A DNA stretch of 63,998 bases, filler included, from Octopus bimaculoides (GCF_001194135.2; 5 parts of 4 records of this genome joined end to end with filler, not necessarily neighbours in it); one strand, 5' to 3'. Counted from the first letter of the whole stretch, positions 39,301-52,503 are shown. Notes: generated by a model from the letters alone, not told the origin. Translations and numbers: made by a program.

Positions 39301-39321
39301 GCAATAATAATAATAATAATA

Positions 39322-39516
39322 ACTTTATATTCTTTGTTTACGCTTTTAATTTTTCTTTTTCTCTCTGTCTTTCTTCCCCTTTTTCTCTATCACATGACTT
39401 TATAAATGAACAATCTGGTGTGTTTAATTTAATGGCCTACCAATGTATACAGTGAATTTCTCTGCCCTAGGTGTCAGGAAGACACCCGGCAAAGATTGAA
39501 AACAGAATTGAATGAA
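39322..39516 (+). mobile_element. 5'-truncated copy (3' UTR only) of the RLE element, inserted within (AAT)n
   Basis: Similar to 36230-36405 (aaatgaacaatctg...gcctaccaatgtataca...gccctaggtgtcaggaag). (AAT)n lies on both sides, at 39243-39321 and 39517-39573. Confidence 0.8.
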
Positions 39517-39603
<87 letters not shown>

Positions 39604-39890
39604 AAGAAAAAGAAGAAGACGAAGAAGAAGAAGAAGAAGAAGAAGAAGAAGAACAAGAAGAAGAACAAGAAGAAGAACAAGAAGAAGAAAATATATTGAA
39701 TGATAATGATAGAGAGAATTGAACGAGTAAATTGAATGAGATGATAACAACAACGATAATGGTTAAATCGATGACGACGACAACGAGAACGATGACGACG
39801 ACAACGAGATCGATGACGACGACAACGAGAACGATGACGATGACAACGAGAACGATGACGACGACGTCAGTGGTGATGGTGGTGATGAAA
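39517..39890. repeat. Compound trinucleotide microsatellite: (AAT)n, (AAG)n, then GAC/AAC-based higher-order repeats
   Basis: Direct reading of the sequence; it generates several spurious homopolymer ORFs. Confidence 0.95.
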
Positions 39891-40578
39891 ACAGTCATAA
39901 ATAAACAGTTACTGCTCTGATTAACAATAAATAAAGGTGATGTAAAAGTACTGTATAGCTGCACAATATATTAAGAATATGTTAATTTTAGGTTTTAGAA
40001 AACAAGACAAAGAACCTATATGTTTGTTTTTACTTCATTCCGGTGTTTGAAATAGTCCGAGATATTCAGTGTGTTTCATATTTTAGGACCATAGTTTTCT
40101 ATACATCGTTTCTGGTACAGCTTGAAGCAGTTTCAGCGTATTATCTACAAGTAAGTACTAAGAAGCAGAAGAAAAAAGACAAAAAAAGAAAGAATATAAG
40201 AAAAAGAAAAAATATATGTATAAAAAGAAACGGTGAGTATTATAAATGGATGTTCGCTGTATTAAGTGAAATATTTCGTTATACAATCTGGGTAGAAGAA
40301 AAAATATTTCTGAGAAAGAGCTTCATTCGAGATGCTCTAAAATGTTACATTCTGTTGATGAAACTGTCTATTATTTGCTTATGTGGATCATCAATATCCT
40401 CGACATCAAATTATTAATCGACGAAGGATGTATTTAGTAGCTCATCCTATTAGAAATGGCTGTCAAATCTCATTGAAATCACACCGTATCTTTTTTCTTT
40501 CTCTCTTTCTTTCTTTCTTCCTTTCTTTCTTCCAAGCTTTCTTTTTTCTTTCTTTCATTTATTCATTCTTTCTGTCTG

Positions 40579-40629
<51 letters not shown>

Positions 40630-42631
40630 AAACAAACGTAGTATATATTCCAAAAGGGCCCCTAAAATTACTACTCGATCCTTCGATATGGGCAGTGTTG
40701 TGGCTTGTCCATGGGATCTATTTAAACAGGATAAATGTATGCACATATGAAGTTATTTACATTCTGTTACACACAGGCACGCATACACATAATACATATG
40801 TAATTCTTTTAGCCTATGTCTAAATGCCTCGTTCTGAAGCAGATAAGGGAGAGCAACTGCTATGCTGAGACTCTTGAGGCAGAACACATGTTCACAGTTT
40901 TACTCTTGTCTCCAAACACTGACGGTTTGTTAATGGCATAGCAATTTCGGAGAACTTCTTATTGTTTTAATTAACTCTCTTTTCATTTGGAGTTGTCTCA
41001 ATCATAACCAAGGAATCTTACTATTTGCACCACGCTATTTACTCCAGAAGCGGAAATAGTTTCAGTTTAAGTAGTTACCTTATATAGTATTTTATAGTAG
41101 TTTATACACACCTGTTCGTATTACATACATAGGTACACACACACACACACACACACACACTCTCTCTCTCTCTCTCTCTCTCTCGCTCTCTCTCTCACAC
41201 ACACACACACATATGTATATGTATATATATATATATATATATANNNNNNNNNNNNNNNNNNNNNNNNNNNNNNNNNNNNNNNNNNNNTTAATTAATTAAN
41301 NNNNNNNNNNNNNNNNNNNNNNNNNNNNNNNNNNNNNNNNNNNATATATATATATATATATATATATAATATACTTACAGATATACTCTGTATTATATAT
41401 ATATATAATTATAAATATGGGCAGAAGAAAAACATTTCCATGCCAATATGCTGAGGAATAGACTTGAAATCTTCAATCACCACATACAGTATACATCACT
41501 ATAAAATACTCTGCTGATGTGGTGAAAAATCCGTTGGATTAATCCTGAAATTGATCAATACAGAGATAACACATTTAAAAAAAATTCTGGGATCTGTGTT
41601 AGGGTTCTGTTATAGCGGGTGTATATTATATTAGAGGAAATATCAAAACCAAGACAGAACCAAGTCATTTAGAATAATTTAATTTGAAGTCTTACAGCCG
41701 TTTCTGGGATAACCCAAGTGGTAGGTTAGCATGTCCATGCAGTGGGTATTCTATCATCAGAGACAAGGTATGAATATTTTAGATGGTGAAAATTTACAGT
41801 TTACAAGGAATAAAATTCAGTTTATAAAGAATAAAATACAGCCGCTTTTTTTAATAAAAAATAAGAATGGTAAGATATTTCATAAAGGCATTAAATAGAT
41901 AAGCCTTTATTCCATGTCAAACATTTAAAAAAATGTGATGAGGTCATTTAAAACAAAATTTCTTGCGGTAAATTTTCTTATGGCAAAAATGTATATGGCA
42001 AATTTTGCACCACTACTAGAAACATGGCTATGTCTTCAACAACAGTAAAGGGTTCTATCAATTTTATCCCTTATTTCCATTTGTTTGTCAACCAACCCGA
42101 AAAGTGTACTGAGTGCATTTTATGCGGGTAGCAGCAATATTGAGATTGACTTGTACCTTGTGATTAATAATCCTTGCTATGATATGTTTGTTAGTCCAAA
42201 GCAACATGACTGAGAGGATGAATAGAAGATAGATAGATAGATAGAGAGGGAGAGAAAGAGAAAGGGGTAAGAGAAAGAGCAATGACATCATAGGTTCTGA
42301 CTAGGGGCGGGGTTCCTCAACAACAGCTATTGACAGAAAACCATTCCGTCTTTTAACATCAATGAACGATCAATATCATTGCAGAACAAAACAACAATTG
42401 TTCAATAGGATAAAATATATAATTACATAAGTAATAGGAGGTTATGAAAATTGTGGACAAAAGAATTTATTTGTTTCCATCACCCCACCCACACCTTTCC
42501 TGGGTGGGGGGCATTGTTTTTGACTTTTGCTCAGTGTGAAATAACCAGAAATTGAAATGGAAGTTAAATATTAAATTCTGCCCAAACACAAAACAACAAG
42601 TTTGCTTTCAGTTTGATAATTATATATGTGT

Positions 42632-43088
42632 TGGTATCACACAAAAGCAACCTGTGCTGGTGCAAAGTAAGCGACACCTGTGCTGGTGGCACATGAAAAG
42701 CACCTGTGCTGGTGGCACATGAAAAGCACCTGTGCTGGTGGCACATGAAAAGCACCTGTGCAGGTGGCACACAAAAGGCACCTGTGCTGGTATCATATAA
42801 AAAACGCCCGTGCTGGTGCAAAGTAAATGGCACCTGTGCTGGTGGCACACAAAAGGCACCTGTGCTGGTATCATATAAAAAGACACCTATGCTGGTGCTA
42901 TATAAAAGCACCTGTGCTAATCAAAGTAAATGGCACCTGTGCTGGTGGCACTGTGAAATGCATGTTGGGTCATGGAGAAATATTGCCATTCTTGGAAACG
43001 TGATGTTTGGCAACAAGAAGGGCACATGTGGCTGTAGGGAATCTGCATCAAGGAATTTTGCCTGACCCATGCGAGCATGGAAAAGTGG
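42632..43088 (-). repeat. RTE-like 3'-tail repeat with an internal ~26-bp motif expanded into a minisatellite
   Basis: About 11 variants of gcacctgtgctggtggcacatgaaaa at 42632-42951. The reverse complement matches motifs at 51405-51435 and 54870-55030. The element end ccatgctcgcatggg is homologous to ccatgctagcatggg at 54736. Confidence 0.8.
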
Positions 43089-43094
43089 AGAGTC

Positions 43095-43552
43095 CAAGGA
43101 TAATGATGATGATGACAATGACAATGATGACGACAAGTGTGTTGGTGGTGGTGGTGATGATGGTTGTGGTGGTGGTGGTGGTTGTGGTGGCAGTGGCGGC
43201 GCTGATGATGATGATGATGATGATGACAGTGTTGATGATGATGATTGCTGGTGGCAGTGGTGATGATGATAATTGTGCTGGTGGTGGTGGTGGTGGTGAT
43301 TGTGGTGGTGGTGGTGGTGCCAGTGGTAGCGCTGATGATGGTGATGATGATAGTGATGACAATGATGATGATGATGATTGTGCTGGTGGTGGTGGGGATG
43401 ATGATTGTAGTGGTGATGGTGGCAATGGTGGTGCTGATGAAGGCGATGATGATGACAGTGATGATGATGATGATGATTGTGGTGATGGTGGTGGAGGCAG
43501 CGTTGGCAGCAATGATGATGATGATGACAATGATGATGATGATGATGATGAT
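43095..43552. repeat. (GAT)n/(GGT)n cryptic trinucleotide repeat
   Basis: Direct reading; source of the poly-D/G, poly-M/V and poly-S/P ORFs. Confidence 0.95.
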
Positions 43553-45091
43553 TTACTCGAGCAAAGTCTAATATGTCCTATTTTTCCTTTTACCTTTCTT
43601 TCTCGCGATTGCTTATTTATTTATTTATTTCTACCTTATCGAGGAATGCAGGACGGTTGGTGTGTGTGTGTGTGTGTGTGTGGTGTTGGAGCCAAGTTTT
43701 GCCTTTAAACCCATCCTACTGTAAAGCAACAAAGTTTTACTGAAATTCCACCCCTCTGCAACCAACACCCACCGAAGCAAGATAAGAGCAGATAACTTCT
43801 TTTGTCTCTGTTTCAAGACTATTGACAGCCAACCTTGTCTCGTGTTAAGCATTTATTTCCTATCCTAATTCTGTTAATCTCGGTAGGAAGAAAGGTTAAA
43901 TCAACTTTTCCGCCCTCTTATGTGCCTTCCTATCTCCAACGATAAAAAAAANNNNNNNNNNNNNNNNNNNNNNNNNNNNNNNNNNNNNNNNNNNNNNNNN
44001 NNNNNNNNNNNNNNNNNNNNNNNNNNNNNNNNNNNNNNNNNNNNNNNNNNNNNNNNNNNNNNNNNNNNNNNNNNNNNNNNNNNNNNNNNNNNNNNNNNNN
44101 NNNNNNNNNNNNNNNNNNNNNNNNNNNNNNNNNNNNNNNNNNNNNNNNNNNNNNNNNNNNNNNNNNNNNNNNNNNNNNNNNNNNNNNNNNNNNNNNNNNN
44201 NNNNNNNGTTCGTCACTTATTTTTTAATATTTAATTTAAGCTGAAATTAAATATTTAAATTAATTCAAAAACATAATCAAAATATAATAAAATAAAATTT
44301 TAAAAATCATGAATCTATTTTTTCCCTATTTTTAATTTTCTATTTCTTTAGTTTTTTTTTTGCTGTAGAATCCAGTGTGGTTTTTATGGGTTTTTTTTTT
44401 GTATTCTATATTATTTTTGTACACCTTCCCTCTCCATCCATACACTTAAAAGTAGTTTTAAGTATTCAATGAATTATAGGTCATGTGGTTGAGTATTCCA
44501 AAGACGTGTGTACTCTTAATGTAATCACTAGACAGAATCGATGTGGTAAAATCTGTAATGGAATTGCATTTTTGAATTACAAAAGGTGACAAAAAACCCT
44601 GCCCAGCTGAATAAAATCAAAGACATAAAGGCACATCCTTTCTGCCCGACTCCCTAACAACCCATCTTCCTGACACCTTCCGACTTCTTCCCACCTGCCC
44701 ACCCACTCACCATCAATGTTTTCCCTCCCTCCCACTCTCCCTCAGGTACTCACCTGTATGCAATATGTCCCTGTTGAATTCCTTCTTCACATCATATCCT
44801 TCCTAATACCCCCACCTCTCTACCAATGCCCACCCATTACTCCCCTGCACTTCCAGCTACCACTCTCCTTTCCCAACCTTGTGACCTCACCCACCCGCTC
44901 GCTCACTCACTCACCTTCCCCAGTCCCCTGTCCATTTCCCCAATACATACCTCCCAATAACTTAGGTATATGGGCTTTATCCCCTGTTCATCACATTTTT
45001 ACCATCTTCTCACCCTTTTACTGATATGGCCAGGTTTCTCTTCTAATGCAGGGCACATTGGTTGTCAAGCGATGGTGGGAGGACAAACAAA

Positions 45092-45129
<38 letters not shown>

Positions 45130-45133
<4 letters not shown>

Positions 45134-45225
45134 CCAGATCAGATTGGAGACTGGTGCAGCCTCCTGGCTTGCCAGTCCCCAGTCAAACCGTCCAACCCAT
45201 GCCAGCATGGAAAGCAGATGTTAGA
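45130..45225 (-). repeat. RTE-like 3'-tail repeat fragment
   Basis: gccagatcagattggag...ggtgcagcctcctgg...gtcaaaccgtccaacccatgccagcatggaaagc is the reverse complement of the 51130-51290 and 54725-54810 elements. Confidence 0.8.
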
Positions 45226-45275
45226 CAATGATGATTATGGTAATGAATATTGTATAAACAGAAAGAAACATAAAA

Positions 45276-45510
45276 AAGCGGTGAGCTGGCAGAAATGTTA
45301 GCACGCCGGGCGAACTGCCTGGTGGTATTTCGTCTGTCTTTACGTTCTGAGTTCAAATTCCACCAAGGTCAACTTTGCCTCTCATCCTTTCGGGGTCAAT
45401 AAATTAAGTACCAGTTATGCACTGGGGTCGATGTAATCGACTTAATCCCTTTGTCTGTCCTTGTTTGTCCCTTCTATGTTTAGCCCTTTGTGGGCAATAA
45501 AGAAATAAGA
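45276..45510 (+). mobile_element. SINE family A (variant tail)
   Basis: gcggtgagctggcagaaatgttagcacgccgggcg...gagttcaaattcc...tttgcctctcatcctttcggggtc...aagtaccag. Confidence 0.9.
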
Positions 45511-47154
45511 AACAAACATATAAAAAGAAAATTTATCCATAAACGTGATTGGTTTGCGTTTTAGCTACTGCCAGGTCGTGTGTTTAATTTGTTCACTGGA
45601 CACTGCTGTGGATTCCCCCTTGTTTCTCAAAAATCCCTCCCTGAATCACAAAATGAGACTACCCTATTTTTCAAATCCTGGCACCAACACTGTAGCTGGA
45701 AGCAGGATAATAATCTAAATCTACACTTTATCATATTCAAGGATATAAACACGTTTTTAAGCACAACATGCGCAGAGTCAAAAAGAAACACAACCTTTCA
45801 CCAGCACACGCGGGTCAGCACTGCATGAACCACAGTGCTCTCTCTCCCTAGCATGCAGCATCCTATCTCAGATATGTGAGCATGTGCACAACAGCCAAAC
45901 ACTGCATCACTGGAACTTCGAAGCATACAGTTCTATGCAAGGATTTTTGTATTTTCTTTCATAAACTGGGGGATGGCTACTGAGATTAAGCTTAAGGATT
46001 ATATAATGTACAAGTATAAAGAAAGAATTAAAGAAGAAAGGACTCATTATATTGAATGTTATCGATAATATCGAGTGGAAATAGGGGGAGCTGCAGTTCT
46101 GACATGCCTATACACGAGCTGCCAATGTCTGAGACAATAAAATTCTGCAAGACCTTCTTAAGATTTGAAGTATTCCGTATAAAACAATATTCTTTTCTTC
46201 TTCTTCTTGCCGTCAAGCAGGTGGCCAGTCAAAATTAACTCTAAATTAAAAAAGAGAAGAACATGGCTACCCTTTTGATGTCTAAATTCCTATGAAAGAG
46301 NNNNNNNNNNNNNNNNNNNNNNNNNNNNNNNNNNNNNNNNNNNNNNNNNNNNNNNNNNNNNNNNNNNNNNNNNNNNNNNNNNNNNNNNNNNNNNNNNNNN
46401 NNNNNNNNNNNNNNNNNNNNNNNNNNNNNNNNNNNNNNNNNNNNNNNNNNNNNNNNNNNNNNNNNNNNNNNNNNNNNNNNNNNNNNNNNNNNNNNNNNNN
46501 NNNNNNNNNNNNNNNNNNNNNNNNNNNNNNNNNNNNNNNNNNNNNNNNNNNNNNNNNNNNNNNNNNNNNNNNNNNNNNNNNNNNNNNNNNNNNNNNNNAA
46601 CCCCACCAAACCTCCACCACATAACCACCACCACCACCACCACCTCCACCAGCACCCACCAGCAACAACTACACTCCCACACCTACGCACCCTCCTATTG
46701 CCTGCAGCAACTTTCGGCTCTTTCACCACCACCACCACCACCACCACAATTACCTTTTTCAACAATCTCTCATTCTCTCTCTCTCTCTAACTCTTGTCTC
46801 TTTTCCTCTCTCTTTTCTCATCCCTCATCTCTGTAGCAATCCTTATACTACAAACACATCATGAATTCATGTGCGTGTGCGTGTGTCTGTGTGTGTATGT
46901 GTATATATATGTGTGTGTGTGTGTGTATTGTGAGATTGGCAGAATTACATGGTTATAGTCTGTAGTTGTAATTCCAATCAACTTTGACCTTTGCATGCCT
47001 GCCTGGTCATTCATTGACTGACTGAGAACTGATTCATGAGGGAGCTATTCCAGACACACACACACACAAACACACACATGCACTCAAGCAGAATAAGGCT
47101 GGCAAACAACCACTTGTTTGCAAGGAATATCCAGAGGAGTGTTATTAAGTTTTC

Positions 47155-47485
47155 AGTGAAGGCACGTGGCTTAGTGGTTAGGGCATTTAGCTCATGACTG
47201 TAAGGTTGCAAGTTCGATTCCCAGTGACGCATTGTCTCCTTGAGCAAGACACTTCATTACACATCACTTCAGTCCATTCAACAGGAATAAAATGAATATT
47301 ACCTGTCTTTCAAAGGACCAGCCTCGTCACATTCTGTGTTATGCTGAATCTCCCTGGGGATTACATTAAGGGCATTTGTGTCTGTGGAGTACTCAACCAT
47401 TTGCATGTTAATTTCCTGAGAAGGCTGTTCCGTTAATTACATCAACCGGAACCCTTGTTGTCATAACTGACATTGTCCCAGTCTT
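47155..47485 (+). mobile_element. tRNA-derived CORE-like SINE (family C)
   Basis: ggcacgtggcttagtggttagggc...aagttcgattccc (A/B boxes) followed by gtctccttgagcaagacactt. The 3' half is matched in reverse by 50400-50700. Confidence 0.75.
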
Positions 47486-47651
47486 GTTGCATTCTATGTC
47501 ACAACCGAGTGCCAATTTTATTTATGTTCCAAACACCATTTTAATAATGTTTTATTTGTTAGTCGTTTGATTGTGGCCATGCTGGGGCACACCACCTTGA
47601 AGGGTTTTAGTTGAACAAATCAACTCCAGTATTTATTTTTATTTATTTTTA

Positions 47652-48047
47652 ACCCTTTAGCATTTAAACTGGTTATATTCGGCCAGATCTGGCCTCTCAC
47701 ACTAATCCTACAATATCATTCTAAAAATTAATGGTTACCTCATTGAAATCTCTTAGCTATGAGATAATGTGTGATCAATTCAAAACAATGTGAATAAATA
47801 AGCATTACGTTTGACATTTAACTGAATGCTAAAGGATTAAACCAGCCATATTCAACCCAAATGTTCTGTTTAATGTTAGAACCACCCAGATCTGGCCTCT
47901 CACACCTACCTACAATGTTATTCTAAAAATAAACCATCACATCGCTGAAATTTCAAAGCTATGAGATAATGCATGATTAATTCAAAAATGATGTGAATAT
48001 ATAAGCATTACATTTGACAGAAGATAATGTGGATGTTAAAGGGATAA
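47652..48047. mobile_element. piggyBac-type MITE plus a tandem partial duplicate
   Basis: TTAA|ccctttagcatt ... aatgctaaagga|TTAA (about 47652-47835). The second unit repeats ccagatctggcctctcacac...gctatgagataatg...taagcattac and ends ttaaaggg. Confidence 0.7.
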
Positions 48048-48808
48048 AGTAAAATGTTTATTTCATCGGTCCCCATTTGCCAAATTGTTACAAGGATGTA
48101 AACAAACCAACACCAGTTGTCAAGTGATGATGATAGGGAGTGACAAACACAAATGCAAACAATCCTCCTTACACACATATATACATGCTGATATATATAT
48201 ATATGATAGGGTTCCACACAGTTTCCATCTCCCAAATTCACTCACAAGGCGTTGGTAGGTTGTGGGCTATAAGAAAATACACTTGTACCATGCAATGGGA
48301 TTGAACCCAGAGCCACATGGTTGGAAAAAAAAAAGCCTCTTAACCACACAGAATTATTTTACTAAGTTTTTTCATTATTTTAAAAATTAATTAAAACAAA
48401 GGAATTATATATTGACAGAAATGTGGTCACAAAAGGGTTGACAGCTCAGTCTGCTTGATTGTAAAAATGAACCATGGTAAAGTTGCAGTGCATTGTTGTA
48501 AACGGAGAGTTGGGATTGAAGTTTACACTGAATATGTTAGCACTGCTGTGACAAATTACCCTATAATTTATTAATTAACATTATGACATCATGACCAGGT
48601 CATTAGCCCTATGATCAGGTTACTAAAGGTGCAACTGGTTTATTTTATTGTGACCAGCTAACCCCATACTCTGAAGAGTCCTTTATTAGTTTGTTGCACT
48701 GACAAGAGTTAACTTAGTCACTCTTATGCTAGGGTCACGCATAATATTAGTAAGTTGACAAAAACTGATTAAATGAGCTTATACATGCATTAAGAAGCTT
48801 TACTCTTA

Positions 48809-49018
48809 AGGCAGTGAGCTCGCAGAAACGTTAGCACACTGGGAGAAATGCTTACCGGTGGTTCGTCTGTCTTTACGTTCTGAGTTCAAATTCTGCCGAG
48901 GTCAACTTTGCCTTTTATCCTTTCGGGGTCGATAAATTAAGTACTAGTTGTGTACTGGGGTTGATCTAATCAATTGGCTCCCTCCCCAAAAATTTCGGGC
49001 CTTGTGCCTAGAGTAGAA
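48809..49018 (+). mobile_element. SINE family A with a perfect 17-bp TSD
   Basis: TSD aagaagctttactctta at 48792-48808 and 49019-49035; family A A/B boxes and core are present. Confidence 0.95.
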
Positions 49019-49337
49019 AAGAAGCTTTACTCTTATCTGTTTAATTTCCAATCTTAATTTCTTATCTTACTTTCCAAAAAACTTGATTTAGTGATACTTA
49101 CTATTGGAGTTAATGATCTTGCCTTTGGATTTAGATTTTAAGTACTCTTTTAAATACCAATTTAACCCTTTTGATATCAATCTGTCTCAGACCAACCCTG
49201 GTTCTGTGATACAGACTTCTGGTTTTAAAGCGATCTTAATTATAACCTTCCATCAAAATTTCATGCTAATTTATGTTCCAAGCACCAGCTGAACATTGAC
49301 GAGGTATTTTACTAAATTCTTTATTAATTTTTAATTA

Positions 49338-49545
49338 AAGCGATGAGCTGGCAAAATTGTTAGCATGCCAGGCAAAATCTATCGTGGTATTTTGTCCGTC
49401 TTTATGCTCTGAATTAAAATTCTGCTGATGTTGACTTTGTCTTTCATCTTTCCAGGGTGGATCAAATAAGTACCAGTTGAGCCCTGGGATCGACATAACT
49501 GACTTACTCCTGCCCCAAAATTACTGGCCTTGTGCCAAAATTTGA
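49338..49545 (+). mobile_element. SINE family A, diverged
   Basis: gcgatgagctggcaaaattgttagc...gactttgtctttcatctttccagggtggatcaaataagtaccagttg. Confidence 0.8.
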
Positions 49546-50399
49546 AATGGTTATTTTCAAAGTTTTTTTAAAACAGACTCAGTGTTTTTCAACAGCAATA
49601 TAGTAACAAAAGGCTTAAGGCATCTCAGTTATGATTATCCAATCAGTTTAAGGCATAGTGTATCTTGGACTACACTACTCTCGATACACTACATCTTGGA
49701 TTAAGAAAATGATAATTTTAAAAAAATTTAAAAAAATTTTTTCATTTTATCTAGTTTCAGCTCATAAGCTGTGGCCATGCTGGGGTACCGCCATTTGGTG
49801 TTGCTACATAATTTTACTTCACAAATTTCAGGAATTGACATTTGGTGCATGAGAGAGTTTGATGCAGCTGCCCTCATTTGCACCTCCTGCCGTGAAGCTG
49901 GTTCATCTGGGACACTTGACAGGAAGACGTCCAGCTTTATTTTGAAGACACCTACATCCACCCCGTGCAGGTCTCTATGTCATAGATTCCATCTTTAAAA
50001 AATAAAATCCATCTTTTGCTGTGAGAAACTGTCTGAATGCTTCAATTACCTCTTCTCTATTTAAGAATGTTTTATTGCTTACGAAAAGCTCAAAATGCTT
50101 AAATTAGTGATGATCAGTAGGAAAGATATCAGGGGAATAGGGAGGATGTTGCAAAATCTCATAACCGGCTCTGGCTCTGTAGTACAAATGTCTTTGTTTT
50201 CATAAGTTTTGAATTAAAATCTTCCACCCAACCATAGTCACAATTTATGTTCCTAACACTAGCTTAATGATAACTAAGTAATTTTACTAAATTCTTTCTT
50301 ATATTTAAAATTAATTGAGAGAAACACAGAGCATCTCAAAATAAATATGGTAACGAAAGGGTTAAATCACATTATTAGGATAAATTTTAAAACTGGCAC

Positions 50400-50705
50400 T
50401 CCATCGGTTATGGTGACAAGGGTTCCAGCTGATCCGTTAAACAGAACAGCTTGCTTGTGAAATTAACATGCAATTGGTTGAGTATTCCACACACATATGT
50501 ACACCTAAAGAAGTTCTCAGAGAGATCCAGTGTGACACAGAACGTGACAAGGCTGACCCTTCGTAATACAGGTACTACTATTCATATTTGCCAGCTGGGT
50601 GGACTGGAACAATGTGAAATAAAGTGTCATGTGCTGCCGGAAATTGAACCCATGACCTTATTATCATGGGCTAAATACCGTAACCACTAAGCCACGGACC
50701 TTCAC
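50400..50705 (-). mobile_element. SINE family C, minus strand
   Basis: taaccactaagccacg is the reverse complement of the head at 47164. aacagcttgcttgtgaaattaacatgcaa is complementary to 47400-47430. Confidence 0.7.
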
Positions 50706-51124
50706 ATAGGACATATTTTAAATTCTAATAAAAGTTTATGACTAGGTTATGATGTTAATGACTAGATCACTATGTAAATAGAAAGGTCACAATGTTAATA
50801 AACCGGTCACATGTTAATAGCCAAGTTACATTGTTAATGGATAGGTTACAATGTTAATGGACAGGTCATAATCTTAATAAATCAATAGAGATATTGATGA
50901 ACAAGTCTAAGTTTTAATCACTTGTTTAATTGCCCATTATTATGGTCGCTTACAGAAGCAAGACTACGAAGCTCATAAGATTTAAATAATAATGTTAATG
51001 TTAATACTATCAATGTGATATCGTTAAATACTGTGACAAATAAAGGTGCCTTTATGTAGTTGCTCAAACTGCTAGAAATAATAGCCAATAGATAGTGGTG
51101 TTTGGTTCATTATCATCATCATCT

Positions 51125-51510
51125 TTTAATATCCGCTTTCTATGCTGGGATGGGTTGGATGGTTTGACTGAGAACTGACTAGCCAGGAGGCTGCACCAGG
51201 AGGCTGCACCAGGAGGCTGCACCAGGAGGCTGCACCAGGAGGCTGCACCAGGAGGCTGCACCAGGCTCCAATCTGATCTGGCAAGGTTCCTACAGCTGGA
51301 TGCCCTTCCTAATGCCAACGAATCCAAGAGCATAGTGGGAGATTTTTATGTGCCATTGGCATAGGGGCCAGTCAGGCAGTGCTGGCATCGACCATGCTTG
51401 AATGGTGCCTTTTATGTGCCACCAGCACAGGGGCCAGTCAGGCAGTACTGGCATCGACCATGACAATGATTTCACTTGACTCAACAGGTCTTCTCAAGGA
51501 CAGCATATTC
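51125..51510 (+). repeat. RTE-like 3'-tail repeat containing 6 perfect copies of a 13-bp unit
   Basis: ccaggaggctgca x6 at 51183-51260, followed by ggatgcccttcctaatgccaac, which is shared with 54830-54850. Confidence 0.85.
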
Positions 51511-51529
51511 TTAATATTATTATTATTGT

Positions 51530-52155
51530 AAGGCGGTGAGCTGGCAGAAATGTTACCAAGTTGGGCGAAATGCTTAGTAGAATTTCGTCTGTTTTTACGT
51601 TGTGAATTCAAATTCCGCCGAGGTCAACTTTGCCTTTCATCCTTTCAAGTTCAATAAATTAAGTACCAGTTGAGCACTGGGGCCAATCTAGTTGACTGTC
51701 CCCCCCTCCCCAAAAATTTCAAGCCTTGTGCTTAGAGCAGAAAAGAATATTTTCAAGGCAGAAACCTGGCAGAAACGTTAGTACGCTGGGTGAAAGCAGT
51801 ATTTTGCTTGTCACTATGTTCTGAGTTCAAATTCTGCTGAGGTCGATTTTGCCTTTCATTGTTTCAGGGTTGCTAAATTAAGTACCAGTTGCATACTGGA
51901 GTCGATGTAATCGACTGCCCGCCTCCCCCAAAATTTCAGGCCTTGTGCCTATAGGAGAAAGCATTATTATTATTGTTGTTGTTAAGGCAGTAACTTGGCA
52001 AAAATCATTAGCACATTGGACAAAATGTTCCATGGCATTTTGTCCCAACTTTACATTCTGAGGTCAACCTTACCTTTCATCCTTTTGAGGTCGATAAAGT
52101 AAGTACTAATTGAACACTTCGGTTGATGCAATCGACTAGCTCCCCCTCCCCCAAC
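51530..52155 (+). mobile_element. Three head-to-tail SINE family A copies (51530-51747, 51755-51962, 51984-52155)
   Basis: Each starts aaggc(g/a)g...ggcagaa and carries the ttgcctttcatcctt core and the aagtaccag...tcgact...ccccctcccc tail. Confidence 0.85.
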
Positions 52156-52413
52156 AGTAACCCCACAACAGTAACAACAATCCTTTAAGAACCAACAATC
52201 CAACACGCTCACTCGAACTGTAAACTTTGAACTCCAGCTTTGAACTATCAACACACAAACTGCCCTCCGTCACGGTTTATTGAAACCACAAGGGTTAAAC
52301 AAAGAGGGAACAGTACAAGGGACAAACACACACACACCTGTCTTCGTCTTTGGTTTTTCTGTAAATTTCAGCTATATAAATAAATATATATATAAATATG
52401 TATATATATATGA

Positions 52414-52452
<39 letters not shown>

Positions 52453-52456
52453 CATA

Positions 52457-52503
<47 letters not shown>

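Noticed and set aside
42632-42951. CRISPR-like appearance of the 26-bp repeat array
   Set aside because: No unique spacers, no cas genes, eukaryotic context; the unit derives from a retroelement tail.
43007-43708. 233-aa Asp/Gly-rich ORF and its overlapping frames
   Set aside because: Translation of (GAT)n/(GGT)n repeats, open in several frames, with no splice or domain support.
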